Assembly: GCA_013265495.1 (NCBI GenBank)
Contig: MU058289.1
Coordinates: 1,981,451-2,045,450, forward strand
Direction: 5' to 3'
Length of the DNA stretch: 64,000 bases
Source of the DNA: Vicugna vicugna
Lineage: Eukaryota
The notes under the pieces were generated by a model. That model was not told where the DNA came from, ran no database searches, and worked only from the letters and a program-made list of their open reading frames with translations. Position 1 is the stretch's first letter. Each line of letters starts with the position of its first letter. This document shows, one piece after another, positions 25,721 through 39,529 of this stretch. A program made the position numbers and the translations under genes.

Positions 25721-27499
25721 TTCTAATCTCAATGTACACAAACACCTGGAGTGACCGCTGAGCTTAGCATAACCAGTTTCTCTTCTTCCCAGGAAAGAGG
25801 GCCCAATGTCCAAAGGTCACCTCGAAAAACCATCTTTCAGTTGATGCCCTGCAGGCTCCTGGCACATATACATCCCATCTGTTTGAAAACAGTCCCCACC
25901 CTCGGAGTCCCTGGTCCTTGTCTACAACTTGTGCCCTGTCAAGGAGTCTATGACCCTCAGCCCCTCCTGGCAGAGTCCCTAAGATCCATGACTCCAAAAA
26001 CCCCATTCAAAGGAGCTATTTGAAAGGAAAATCACTGTGAATTTAAATGACTTTCTCAGAAGCTTGACTTTATAAAAGGAAGATGAATCTGGCCCTTGCA
26101 AATAAAAAACAGATTGAGAAGCTGAGCTTCGTGGAGTGACTTAAACAGGCATTCAGAACTGGCACCCACTGGGAACAGTGCGGCAAAGGCAGGCGTTCAG
26201 AACAGGAGGAGCCTGGAGCTTGGCTCAAGAGCACCCTCCCTCCACCTTTTTGTCTCCTTCTCTTCGCCCTCTGCCTGCACCATCACCCCGCCTTCAACAC
26301 CTCCCTTTGAGGGTTCCACAAAACCCTCACTGAACACTGCACTTACTATGTGCCATTCTGTATAATATTACCCTCAAAGAGTTCCCAGTGATGCCAAGAC
26401 AGTTCCGAGGCAAGAGACCACACCATGTGACCCTTTTCCTCTTGGCAAAGGAAAAGCCCTGTGCCTGGCACACGCAACGTGAGAACTGAAGGAGGGGTGG
26501 GGCAGATAAGGGATGAGGGATGACTATGAACCTCTCCCACCAGATTGTGCAATTTTCCCTTTAAAAAGACCCACTCTGGCTGCTGTGGGAAACAGATCTG
26601 TGGGAGGGAGCTGTCCCCCAATCCACTCCTCCCACCCAGGGGCAGCCCAAGTGGCTCTGGGTAAATACCGGCCAAAGAAGCAGGGGTCCCACAGGTGGCT
26701 GGGCAGGGGCTGTGCAGGCTACAGGGAAGAATGTGGCTGGGAGGTGGGCACCGCCTCACTCCTGATGGTCCAGCAAGGATAATTCAGCCATGAGGGGCCA
26801 GACTGCCCCTCCCTTGGGGAGGAGAGAGGGGCTCAGGGGGTGCTGAGCTGTGCTCCAGCTGAAATTCATGAGGTGGCAGGGAATACAGGACCTGGGTAAA
26901 AACCCCACTGGACCACTGACAACCTGGATGACCACACACATGGGGCTCAACCTCAGGTCCTTCTTCATTCATCGACTGGATTCCAGACTAGGTTGCCAGC
27001 TCCACACAGCTTCTGTGCCCTTATGTTAGGCCAGGGGTGCAAGAAGCCTTCCTTCCTGCCATGAACGCATGTATAAATGGATAGCATTCACCTGGACATG
27101 TGAGGAGGCTGGGGCTAAGGGAAAAGGTCAAGTTGAGTAAAGAAAGAACTTTCTAGCTTGGAAAAGCAGCAATCAGAAGATGAGGGACTTCTGTGTTAAG
27201 GATGCAAACAAGCACCATTTTTCTAACTTCTTTCCCTCCAAACTTCTATTGAAAGGATCAAATAAGTATAGGCATGGGCAGGGTGGTAGTGGAGCCTATA
27301 TCCACAGAAGAAAGCTGGTAAGGGCTCTGCCAGGAATTCCAGCAAGCCCAGTGCAGCGGGCACAGGACAGGTGACAGGGCAGCCTCTGAAAGGTCAGAGC
27401 GCCTGGCAGAGTCCAAGGGCCATGAAGGAGGTCCACAAAGGCTTTAGGGGGACACCAGCAGTTAGCCCCATGGAGTGACCTCCATAGATGGGCACCAGT

Positions 27500-29815
27500 A
27501 CATCTCACAACATAGCTTCAGACTCTATAAAGCAAATGATTAGGGTGGAAGATTTGACAAATCCCCAGCCATAAAGGTTATAACACTTTTTAAATGCAAA
27601 CAAAATTACATAAGAATATTAAAGATTTGACTAATAAAATCTGGCACTCCCTCTCACACCTTTGTGCTCAGCAAACAAAATACAGTTTTCTCAGTCACTC
27701 ACAGGATAGTTAGAAATATGGACTTATATTAGACTACAGGGAAAAAATCTCAATAGAAGTCATTTCTTTGCCATGTTGCAATAAAAATAGAATCTAACAA
27801 AAAAGAGAGATGAAAATGTTGGTTACTGCATTGTTTTCAATAGAAAAAAATTTCAAAAATATAAATTTCCATTAGTAGAAGAATGTTTAAATTTTGGTCC
27901 ACCCAAACTCTGGAATCCTATTCAATTGCTGGAAAAAAAATCACCTCATTCATCTAATACAGAGTTTCAGAAGAAGAGAATGAGGTACTGGTAGAAAAAA
28001 ACAATAAATTGAGGAAATGTGGCTAAGAATGATTCAGAATTGAAGAAACATGTGATTTTTTTTGGACTGAAAATTTACACACAGGGCTAAATGTTTAAAT
28101 TCACTGATTTTGGTAAAATTACAGGATACCAAAAACAAAAAGGAAAATCTTAAAGTTTACAGAAAGAAAATCTTATCTACCAACAAACAGCAGACATCTT
28201 AGCATCAAGAGATGCCCTGAAGACAGGACAGGAATATCATTTTTTCATAGGTGTTATAGGAAAATAAGAGTCATTCTATTCAATTATTCAAGAATGAGGG
28301 CAAAATAAAGACATTTTCAGGCACTCAAAGCTGAGGGTGTGCCAGCTAAAATGAAAGAATTACTACAGGATACATTTCTGCAAGAAAAATAAACCCAGAG
28401 AGAATGAGTGCGATTTTAAAAACACAAACAATGGTAAAATTTGTTAGGAAATTTAATTAACTATCTCAAGATATTAAAAATACTATTTTGTATTAAGGTA
28501 GAAAAAAATTCTCAACTATGACAAGAAGGAAGATGGAGGGAGAGGGTGTTCGGTGTGCAGTTCTCATGTGCAAAGCTCCCTGATTGTTTTGGAGGATGAC
28601 AGAGATAATAAGCTTAGATTTGCTAAAAAATTTATAGTCAAATATGTCTGTTAACATTTTGAGGGTACTCAGATGATAGAAAAAAATATACTTTTCAAAT
28701 CAATGGAGGAAAAAAAGAAAGAAAGAAAATTATATTGATTGAATTGAGCATATGAAAGGTCAGTAAACAGAAGCCACAAATAAGGTGATAGAAATGAATC
28801 CAAAATACTAGTGATGACAATAAACATTAAGGGATAAAACCCATCTAAAATTTAGCGATGCTCACTATATGCCAAGCTGTGGTCTAAGCATTTCACGTGT
28901 ATTGGCTTTTTTAATCTTCCAAACAAGTGTATGAGTTAGGTACTGTTATGATCATATTTTATAGATGGGGTAACTGAGGCCCCAGGAGGTTGAGGGATGT
29001 GTGCAAGTACCCACTGCTGGCAGAGAATAGAGCCAGGATACATGCAGGTTCTCCAGCCTATGCACTTTCTCACATTCTCTGCTGCCTTCAGAAGCAGGTG
29101 CTTGCACACAAAGAGGGCCCACTGCCAGCCCAATGAAAACCATCAATCTTGGTCATAAAACACTTTTAAAAGCAACACAGAAAGGCTGGAAGTAAGTGGT
29201 TAGAAAGCAGAATGCCAGGAAGTACTAACCAAAAGAAAGCTGACATTGTAGTAGTATCATCAGATAAAAGTGACTTCAAAGCAAAAAAAAGAACTCATCG
29301 GGGTAAGGAGTGGTACAACATAATAAGAGAAAGAACAATCTAAAAAAGAAGGTATAACAAGTAGGAACTTGAAGGCATCTAACAACAGAACCTCAAAATA
29401 CATAAAGCAGAAAGTGGCAATCACAAGGAAAATTAACAAATTACCATCAGAGTGGAAGATTTCAACAGTTCTCACTCAGAAATGGAAAGATCAAACCAAT
29501 AATAAATTAGCAAGGGATAAAAAATTTGAGAAGCACAGTTTCAAGACTGATTTTTATATATGCATGTGTGTGCATATGTGTATGTGTGGAACATACAGAA
29601 ATATGTGTGTGTGTGCACGCTCTCTGGGCATTCCCATAGCCAGCAAATAGAGAAGATATATAATTTTCAAGAAAATAATAATGTAATAATAATAATGTAA
29701 AACATTTATAAAAACTGCCACTTATCACATACCAGGTTACAATGTATTGCAAGGATCTAACATACTACAGATCATATTCTCTGATCACAATGTACTTATA
29801 TTTAACATGAATGAT
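27500..29815 (+). mobile_element. Old degenerate L1 (ORF1 relic and ORF2 endonuclease relic) interrupted by a MIR
   Basis: A-rich; gagggcaaaataaagacattttcag (ORF1 end), tatcatcagataaaagtgacttcaaagcaaa, cctcaaaatacataaagcag, atattctctgatcacaatg (SDH motif). Confidence 0.7.
28860..29060 (-). mobile_element. MIR
   Basis: ctaagcatttcacgtgtatt...atttttatagatggggtaactgaggcccc...agagccagga. Confidence 0.75.
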
Positions 29816-29819
29816 AAAC

Positions 29820-29992
29820 TCCATTATTTCATACATTCAAAGATGAACTTTTTCACATCATCTCTGAAGCCAAGATACATCTTACAATTGTCGGAATGTT
29901 AAGAGTTTAACTAGCAGTTTTTTTTTTCTTTCTCACTGAAATATAAAATAATGGTGTACAATACAGTCAGCATTGATTTAAATTGCATGTAA
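29820..29992 (+). mobile_element. MER104-like Tc2/mariner non-autonomous DNA transposon
   Basis: tatttcatacattcaaagatgaac...catctctgaag...catcttacaat...agtttaactagcag...ttctttct...ataaaataatggtg follows the MER104 consensus. Confidence 0.7.
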
Positions 29993-30016
29993 CTATGGTA
30001 GTTTTTTTTTTAATGT

Positions 30017-30610
30017 ATGATATTCTGTGTTTCTATTGTATTTGTTGTAATTTCTCCATTTTCCTTTCTTATTTTGCTAATTTGTGCTCTCTCTTTTTTC
30101 TTCTTTGCAAGTTTGGCCAGAGGTTTGTCGATTTTATTTACTTTTTCAAAAACCAGCTTTTGGTTTGATTGATTTTTTCCTATGGTTTTTTAAAATCTCT
30201 ATTTTATTTATTTCCTCCTTGATCTTTATAATTTCCTTCCTTCTGCTGCCTTTTGGGGTTTTTTTGTTCTTCTTTTTCTAATTCTTTTAGTTGGTGGGTT
30301 AAATTGTTTATTTGACATTGTTCTTCTTTTTTGAGGAAGGCCTGTATCGCTATAAACTTCCCTCTTAGCATTGCCTTTGCTGTGTTCCATAAATTTTGTG
30401 TGGTTGTGCTTTCATTTTCATTTATCTCAAGGTATTTTTTAATTTCAGCTTTGATTTCCTCATTGACCCACTGGTTTTTTAATAGCATATTGTTTAATCT
30501 CCATGCTTTCCTTTTTTTCCCCTTTGTTTCTCTGTTGTTGATTTCTAGTTTTATGGCACTGTGGTCAGTAAAGATGCTTGAGATAATTTCTATCTTCTTA
30601 AAATTGTTCA
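30017..30610 (-). mobile_element. Inverted 5' segment of a young L1 (ORF2, end of endonuclease onward)
   Basis: ORF 30204-30611(-): FKKIEIISSIFTDHSAIKLEIN...WRLNNMLL...LRGKFIAIQA. Confidence 0.93.
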
Positions 30611-32179
30611 TAGACCTAGAATTGCCAAAGCATTACTGAAGAGAAAGAAAGAGGCTGGAGGAATAACCTCCCAGACTTCAGACAATGCTATAAAGCGATA
30701 GTCATCAAGATAGCATGGTATTGGTACAAAAACAGACATATGGACCAATGGAACAGAATAGAGAGCCCAGAAATGAACCCACAAACTTTTGGTCAACTAA
30801 TCTTCAACAAAGGAGGCAAGAATATACAATGGAATAAAGACAGTCTCTTCAGCAAGTGGTGTTGGGAAAACTGGACAGCAGCATGTAAAGCAATGAAGCT
30901 AGAACACCCCCTTACACCATACACAAAAACAAACTCAAAATGGATCAAAGACTTAAACATAAGACAAGATACAATAAACCTCCTAGAAGAAAATATAGGC
31001 AAAACATTATCTGACATACATCTCAAAAATGTTCTCCTAGAACAGTCTACTCAAGCAATAGAAATAAAAGCAAGAATAAACAAATGGGACCTAATGAAAC
31101 TTACAAGCTTCTGCACAACAAAGGAAACCATAAGTAAAACAAAAAGACAACATCTGGAATGGGAGAAAATTTTTGCAAATGAAACCAACAAAGGCTTGAT
31201 CTCCAGAATATATAAGCAGCTCATACAACTTAATAAGAAACAAACAAACAACCCAATCCAAAAATGGGTAAAAGACCTAAACAAGCAATTCTCGAAGGAA
31301 GACATACAAACGGCCAATAGGCACATGAAAAAATGCTCAATATCACTAATTATAGAGAAATGCAAATCAAAACTACAATGAGGTATCACCTCACACCAGT
31401 CAGAATGGCCATCATTCAAAAATCCGTAAGTGACAAATGCTGGAGAGGCTGTGGAGAAAAGGGAACCCTCCTACACTGCTGGTGGGAATGCAGTTTTGTG
31501 CAGCCACTGTGGAAAACAGTATGGAGATTCCTCAAAAGACTAGGAACAGACTTACTGTATGACCCAGGAATCCCGCTCCTGGGCATATATGCAGAAGGAA
31601 TCCTACTTCAGAATGACACCTGCACCCAATGTTCATAGCAGCACTATTTACAATAGCCAAAACATGGGAACAGCCTAAATGTCCATCAACAGATGACTGG
31701 ATAAAGAAGGTATGGTATATTTATACAATGGAATACTATTCAGCCATAAAAACTGACAACATAATGCCATTTGCAGCAACATGTATGCTCCTGGAGAATG
31801 TCATTCTAAGTGAAGTAAGCCAGGAAGAGAAAGAAAAATACCATATGAGATCACTCATATGTGGAATCTAAAAAAAAACAAACAAACAAAGCATAAATAC
31901 AAAACAGAAATAGACTCATAGACACAGAATACAAACTTGTGGTTGCCAAGGGGGCAGAGGGTGGGAAGAGATAGACGGGATTTCAAAACTGTAGAACAGA
32001 TAAACAAGATTATACTGTATAGCACAGGGAAATATACACAAGATCTTATGGTAGCTCACAGAGTAAAAAATGTGACAATGAGTATATATATGTTCATGTA
32101 TAAATGAAAAATTGTGCTCTACACTGGAATTTGACACAACATTGTAAAATGATTATAAATCAATAAAAAATGTTTAAAA
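30611..32179 (+). mobile_element. Young L1 ORF2 C-terminus, 3'UTR and A tail
   Basis: [38 protein letters not shown]; frameshifted; AATAAA 32162-32167; TSD aatgtatg at 30012-30019 and 32180-32187. Confidence 0.95.
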
Positions 32180-34289
32180 AATGTATGTGATATATTATCT
32201 AACTAGAAATTAATAACAAAAGAAAAAAGAAAAAGGTTTAAAATACTCTCCTGAATACCTCTCTTGTAGTGAAGAAGAAATAAAAACAGCAATTTTAGAC
32301 TATGAAAAATTATGATAATAACAATTTACACACATCAAAACTTACGGACTGTGGCCAGAACCATACTCAGAGGAAATGTTATTGTTTTAAGTGTTTCATT
32401 CTTAAAGAAAAAAGATAATAAATGAACTGGATATTCAACTTACAATTAGAAAAAGAACAAGATAATAAACCTTAAAGGGGGATGAAAGATGAAAGAAGAA
32501 ATTACAGAATTTAAAGAGTTTAATAGCAAGATGAATACATTCAGTACCTGTTTCTTAGAAAAGGTCAATAAAATATACAAATCTCTGGTAAGTCTAATTT
32601 AGAAAAGAGAGAAAAACATTAATGAGAAAGAGATACAACCAGAGCTGCCAAAAAATTATTAAAATATAAGAATACTACATGGAATTCTATGCTAATAAAT
32701 TTTAAAATCTTGATTAAATGTATGATAGTCTAGGGAAGCAGAAGTTACACAAACTGATTTCAGAAGTAGAAAAGCTGAATAGAAAATAAGTGTGGAAAAC
32801 AATCATCCCCACCCCCAGAGGCGTTGTCCTCAGACAGACTTCACTGGAAAATTTCAAACCTTCAAGGAACAGAAATTTTCTATGCTATTTAAAATGTTCC
32901 AGAGGATAAAGAAAGGAGAGAAACTTCCTAATTAGTTTTATGAATAACGCATAACCCTGGCACCAAAACCTGCCAAAGATGAAACAAAAATAAAATCATA
33001 GACTAATCTTGCTTGTCACTCTACATGTAAAAATCCTAAATAAAAGATCATGGCAGACACACATAGCCCCCACCATCACCACCCCCAGTTCCAAATGCAA
33101 GGAAACGCCAGATAAAAGATAATATAAGATAATTAAATACATAATTGAGCTAAAGGAATACAAGGAAATCCTCTGGTGCAAAAGATGAAGAGATGTGAGA
33201 GCTGGAGTGATAAACAGTCAGCTGGTGCCCCAGAGGCCCTGAACAACAGATGGCAGACCCCAGAGGCCAGGGCTGGGGTGTTAGTGTCCACAAGGGGCTG
33301 GAGATACAGCCTGGCTCTCATCTCTCCTAAGGGGAGGAATTGGAACTGAGCTCTTGTACAAAGGTTGGGCTCTAGAGGGAATTCCACCTGAGTGAAATGG
33401 GGGCTGGAATACTCAACCCCTGTCTGAGGAAATACAAAAGATCTTGATGGGGAGGGGGCGGTTTCTAGAAAGAAAGGAAATCCCAAGCCTGCACCATGGT
33501 CATGGAGTCCAAATTTACACTACATATGTGGTGTTAGAATCCCCACATGTAGAAATAATGGAGAAAGTGGGTCCCAACTGATGCATCCACGTGACTCCCA
33601 GGAAAAACAATTTTTGAAATGTTCTGAAGCAACACTTTACAACCCAGGAAGCACAGGGCTACCATTAAAAAAAAAAAAAACCAAGTTTAAATTAGTTTGG
33701 ATAATTTTTGCTTCCCCAGAATATCATATAGAAATTATAGTCTGCTCAAGGAAATGATTCACCAAGAAGGAAAATCAACTGATAAACAAACAGAGGGACT
33801 AGTGCTCCATGAATGCAATAAGAAAAAAAAAACCCAAAGATAATATGTCTTAAATTATTAAGTGAGTAAAAGAAAGACTAAAAATAATGAAAGAACGAAA
33901 ACTACAAAAAAAAAAGCATGTAGATTTTCAAGGTCTCCTTAGAATTTCTAGAAATAAAAAATATAACTATTGAAATTAAAAACATACTACAAGAGTTTAA
34001 TAACAAATCAACTAGTACACCAGGAGATGTAGTGATCCAGGAGATAAACCTGGCATAATACCCAAAATGCATATAGGGGAACTATGAGACTGAGGTTTCA
34101 AGGCAGAGAACATAATGAGAAGGCCCCAGAAAATGCTAATAATCATGGAGACTCTGGCAGAAATGCATCCCCAGGGACTGAAACAAAGTTCGATCTTTCT
34201 AGAAAACTCACAATAATGATTCTGAAGCAAACACGTTAGTGTCAGTGTAGGGTCTCTGGAGCATTCCAGGGAACAATAATAACTAGGAC

Positions 34290-34510
34290 TTACATAGAAA
34301 TGACCATGTGCCAGGAGCTATTTTAAGCACTTTACATATATTAACTCAATTATTATCACAACAACTAAGAGTTTGGTAATATTATTATGCCCAAATTATA
34401 GACAAGAAAACTGAGAAACAGAGTTTATGAAATTTTCCTCAGCTGTGAAGCACTGAAGTAGAGTCAGAGCTATCTGCAGAGTCCATGTTCTTAACCACAT
34501 GCTATACTGT
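34290..34510 (-). mobile_element. MIR
   Basis: atgtgccaggagctattttaagcactttacatatattaactca...gaaaactgagaaacagag...ttcttaaccacatgctatactg. Confidence 0.8.
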
Positions 34511-35077
34511 CCCTATCCATGTGGTTGGCGTTTCAAAGGCCAATATTGAGAAGAAAGGGAAAGAACTATTTGAAGAGACAATGACTGAAAATTTTTCAGA
34601 ACTTCAAGAAAGCCATCAGGTTGAATAAATATGCACTTCAACTTCCAAGCAGGAGAAATAAAATTACATACCTAGATATATCCAAGTGAAGCTGACGAAT
34701 ATCAAAACAGAGAGGAAAAATCATAAAAACAACTAGAGATAAAGACATTATCTACAGAGGACAGACAGACTGACTCCAGGCTTCTCTGAGGAATAGTAGG
34801 GACCATAAAACAAAGGAATAAGTCTTCAAAAGGCTAAAGGAACACAACTACCATTCTAGAATTCTATACCCAGCTTAGCCATTAAGGGCAAAATCATATT
34901 TAAATGAACAAAGTTCCAGAGAGTCCTTGGTCTTTTACACAGGTCTTCTCTGAAAGAACTACTAAAGGGTTATGAGGGGTAGTTAGAAATGGAACCTAGA
35001 GAGAAGGAGTAAGATGCAATAAGCAAAGGTGAGCAAAAAGTTGATAAAGTTGTAAATCAAAATAATCATTAACTGAA

Positions 35078-35078
<1 letters not shown>

Positions 35079-35119
<41 letters not shown>
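35079..35119 (+). repeat. (AAT)n microsatellite
   Basis: Direct reading. Confidence 0.95.
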
Positions 35120-35121
<2 letters not shown>

Positions 35122-36564
35122 TTTTAAAATTGGGGCATTTATTAACAATGTAGTTCTAAAATTAGACAAAAGATATGGGAAGGGACTATAATCAAAATTA
35201 AAATGTTCTACAATTATTGTGTTGTTTTGGAGAAAGGTAGAAATTTTTACTTAATTCAGACTGAGTGGAGGCAAGTCTGTATATTAAAAAATTAAAGGTA
35301 ATCATTGAAAGAATAAAGAAGAGAATGTGTAACTTTCAAATCAATAGAGGGAGCAAAAAGGAAAAAAGAAAATACAAGCAATCTTTTAGAAAGCAGAAAA
35401 GGTTTTCTAAAAAGAAACACTGAAAAAGAAAGAAAAGTAGAAAACACAAAATAAAACAGAAAAAAGAATGCAAATACACCAGCAACCACACACACACACA
35501 CACATTATTCTTCTATGAGAAACTTCCAAAACACGATGCAGAAATGTTGAAAGTCAAGCAATGCTATAAAGCTATACCACATAAAAGACAACGAAAAAGT
35601 GGTTTTTACAATAGTAATACAAGGTAAAACAAAATTAAAGGTAAAAAAGCATCAATGGGAATCAAGAGTTCTTACACAAAGAAAAAGATAATTCACTAGG
35701 AAGATATAACAATCTTGAACCTGTATGCAACTAATAATATAGCTTTTAAAAAAATACAGACAAAAAGTTGATAAGATTAAAAAGAAAAAAATCAACAAAT
35801 TGATAACCATATTAGGAGATTTCAATACACCTCACTCTGAAATTGATAAATTAAGCAGTCAAAAGCTTTAAAGATATAAAGATGCAAGCAATACAAGAAG
35901 ACTAAGCTAAAGAATGCATAAAGATATCTGTAGACTCCTGCACCCAACAATTAGATAGTATGCATTATTTCAAACATAATGGAACAACAACAAAAAAAAC
36001 CCCATATACTAACCAGAAAACAAAGAAATTTTCAACTAAAATTAAAGAATCAATAGCATGCAAGCCCCAGGCTCTGGCTAAAATGCAGCAAGACTGGGAA
36101 GCAGAAAAGAAAAATTTGCCCTTGAAATGCTTGTTAGTCTAAATAATTCATGAGTCAAAGAATCATAAAGGAAATTATAAAACTTTGGCTATTGAACAAG
36201 CAGTATAATAAAATAATTATGTACCCCAATAAATTAAGATTAATCCAGAAATGCATTACAGAATGGCTCAGATTTAGAATATCTATTAATATAATTTATT
36301 GCATCAATAGGTCAAAGGATAAAAACCATATTTATCTCCATAGATAGATTAAACCTTTGCAGGAGAGGGAGAAGTCCTTGATTATATATAAACATTAATA
36401 ATATGGGACACTTTGTTTTTTAAGTTCTGAAAATATTTTCCCATAGACAGTATTAGAAACATTAAAATCAGGAAAAGAACAAGGGAAGCCAGCTGCTATT
36501 TAATATTGTCCTGGGAAGACTTGCCAATTCAATTAGAAAGGAAAATTAAATTTTAAAACATATA

Positions 36565-37693
36565 TAAATAAAAAGGAGAAAGGAGTAAATTTTCATGACC
36601 TTGAGTCAGGCAAGGCCTTTTTAGATACAATACCAAGGCAAAGCAACAAAAGAAAAAAATAGATAAGCTGGACTTCATAAAAATTAAAAACTTTTGCACT
36701 GCAAATGACACTATCAAGAAAGTGACAAGATAACCTACAGACTGGGATAAAATATTTGCAAGTCATATATCTGATAAGGAACTTGTACCCAGAATATACA
36801 AAGAACTTTTATAATTCAATAATTAAAAAATCAATTTATGGGCAAAGGATCTGAATAGACATTTTCCAAGGATATACAAATGACCAATAAGTACATGAAA
36901 AAAGGTTCAACATCATTAATCATTAGAGAAATGGAAATCAAAACTGCAATGAAATAAAATACTAAATACATGTCAAATATCAAATACAACTTTACATCCA
37001 CTAGGATGGTTAAAATCAAAAGGACAGACAATAACAAACTTGTAAAGAGGTGAAAAAATTAGAACACCCACGTTGCTGGTGGGAATGTAAAGTGGTACAG
37101 TCATTTTGGAAAACTGTCTGGCAGTTCTTCAAAAGGCTGAGCACAGAGTTACCAAATGACCCAGAATTTCTACTCCTCTATATATGTCCCAAAGAAATGA
37201 AAACACACATTCACAAAAAAAATTGTCCCATAATATGTACAGTGCAGCCTCATTAATAAAAGCCAAAAGGTAGGAACATTTCAAATGCCCATCAACTTAT
37301 AAAAGGCTAAAATAATAAATGTGGTATATACATTGCAATGGAATATTATTCAGCCATAAAAAAGAATGCCATGCCACATTATGGATGAGACTTGAAATCA
37401 TTTTGCTAAGGGAAAAAAAGGCCAAAAACCAAAAGACCACATATATATTGTATAATGATTCTATTTATATGAAGTGCCCAGAATAGACACACTTATAGAG
37501 ACAGAAAGTAGATTAGTGTAGGACTGGGGACATGTAAATGAGGAGTGACTGCTAATCTGTACAGAGTTTCTTTTGGGGGGTGATGAAAATGTTCTAGAAT
37601 TGGTTGCACAACTATGTGAACATCCTGAAAACTATTAAATTGTACATGTTAAATGGGTGAATGATATAGTATGTAATTAAAGCTCAATAAAGT
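36565..37693 (+). mobile_element. L1MB-like ORF2 C-terminus and 3'UTR
   Basis: RCWWECKVVQSFWKTVWQF; 3'UTR gggtgatgaaaatgttctagaattg...aaatgggtgaat...ctcaataaagtt. Confidence 0.88.
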
Positions 37694-37739
37694 TATGTGG
37701 GGCTGGTGGAGACAGAGAGAGACAGAGAAATTCCAGATT

Positions 37740-39527
37740 CCAGTCACCATCTGGGCATCCATGATTCTGCCCTCTCAGCCTTCTCTATCCTTTTGCCAGA
37801 GGTTACATGTCTGTGCTCCCAGAGCAAATCCCTCCACTTCCACCAGCTCCAATGCTCTCCATCCTTCTCAAGGACTTTGCTCCAGCAATTCTCTCCTCTC
37901 CTACCTGTAGAATTGTCCACATTCTACTGGATCATTTCCATCAACATAAACATTTCCTGTTATTTCTCCCATCAGAAAAACCAAACAACAACCAAAAAAC
38001 CCTCTCTCAGCTCTTCCTCCCTCAGCAGCTAGCTTTCCATTTCTTTGCTCTCCTTCTCAGCAAAACGTTGAGCTACCCACATTCACCATCTCATCTCTTG
38101 CCATTCTCTCAAAGACCCACTTAAACCAGAACGTTGTTCCTCCCACCAACGCCACTCTTGCCAGGTCACAAAGTGGATCCATTGGTCAATCCTTGGTCCT
38201 CATCTTACCTGAACTGTCACCAGTATTTGACACACACTCCTCCATGAGATATCTTCTTCACTTGGCTTCTAGGTCATGACACTCTTCTGCTTTCTTCTTA
38301 TCTCACTGGTCACTTCTTGGTCTCTTCTGTTGATTCCTCCTCATCTCCCTGACTGCCTCATGTTAGAAAATTCTAGGTCTCAGTTATTGGTTCTCTTTTC
38401 TTCTCTATCTGCACTCACTCCTTTACTGACCTCAGTCAGTCTTATGGCTTCAAAAACCATCTGTTGATGACTCCCCCCTCCCAATTTATATCTCCAGTTC
38501 TAACCTCTCTCTATAACTCCAGACTCATATATCAAACCAGAGTCAACATCTGCAATGGGATGTGTACAGGACATCTCAAATGCAGTGTGTCCTTAGCTGA
38601 ACCCCCTCCAACACCTGTTCTGCCTACTGCCTTTCCGATCTCAGTTGTGGGCAACTTCATCCTTCTAGTTGCTCAGACAAAAACATTCTTTTCCTCATAC
38701 CCCCATCCAATCCATAAGGAGATCCTGTTGGCTCTGCCTTCAGAGTATATCCAGAATGTGACCTCATTTTCTCCATGTCACTGTCACCATCTTGACCCAG
38801 AACATCATCTCTCATTGCAAAAGACTGCCATCTCTCTTTGTCCTTCATCATGGATGCTCTCAAAACATACTCCTGTTTAAAATCCCACCTCATATGAAGT
38901 AAAGTCAAATGCCTTATCCTGCCCTGTATAACCCAAATTGTCTCCCCATCCACCCTCCCACCCATGACCTCATTCCCAGCTACCCTCCTCCTCCATCTCT
39001 TCACCTCTTTGATGTTCCTTAATTTTGCCTTAAGACTTTCCCTCAGTGCCCCTCTGCCTGGAAAATCTTCACCTAGATCAGAATTTCTCAGCCTCAGCAC
39101 TATCATTTGGGGCCAGACAATTCTTTGTTGTGGGGCCAGTTCTGTGCATCAAAGGATGGTCAGAGCATCCCTCACCCGTACCCACTAGATACCAATAGCA
39201 CCTTCCAGATGTTGCCAAATTCCCCTGGGGGGCACAACTGCCCCAGTTTGAGAACCACTGGCCTAGATCATCTGCATGGCCTGTGCCTTCATTTCCCTCA
39301 AATCTCACAATCACAACAAAGCCTACTCTGACCCCCCCATCCCCTCCCCCTGACCCCACACTTCCAATCCCCTTTACCCTGCTTGGCTTTTCAAAGCAAC
39401 TATCATGTTGACTTCATGGGGGGGGGGCTGGGATCTTCCTCTGCTTTGTTTCCCGGTGTATCCCCTGTGCCTAGAACAGTTCCTGACACACAACTGGTTC
39501 TCAATAAATATTTGTTGAGTAAGTGAA
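37740..39527 (+). mobile_element. L2 (L2a-like), ~1.6 kb, interrupted by MER20
   Basis: C/T-rich L2 ORF relic (ctcccaatttatatctccag, catctcaaa, gttgctcagacaaaa); 3' end gtgcctagaacagttcctgacaca...ctcaataaatatttgttgagtaagtgaa. Confidence 0.88.
39079..39260 (-). mobile_element. MER20 (hAT-Charlie) with 8-bp TSD
   Basis: Reverse complement starts cagtggttctcaaactggggcagttgtgccccccagggg; TSD acctagat 39071-39078 / gcctagat 39261-39268. Confidence 0.9.
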
Positions 39528-39529
39528 CC

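Larger units (their letters stand above)
32195..36550 (+). mobile_element. Old L1 ORF2 relic with a second old L1 (5' region/ORF1/endonuclease, ~33060-36195) nested inside
   Basis: gtaaaaatcctaaataaa (KILNK) at ~33030 resumes as a decayed IIHHDQVGFIPGMQGWF region at ~36210; ORF1 relics at 34560-34970 (aaaatttttcagaact, tagaattctatacccagc). Confidence 0.65.

Noticed and set aside
30740..31871. Functional L1 ORF2 CDS
   Set aside because: Frameshifted, no RT domain, no promoter or ORF1
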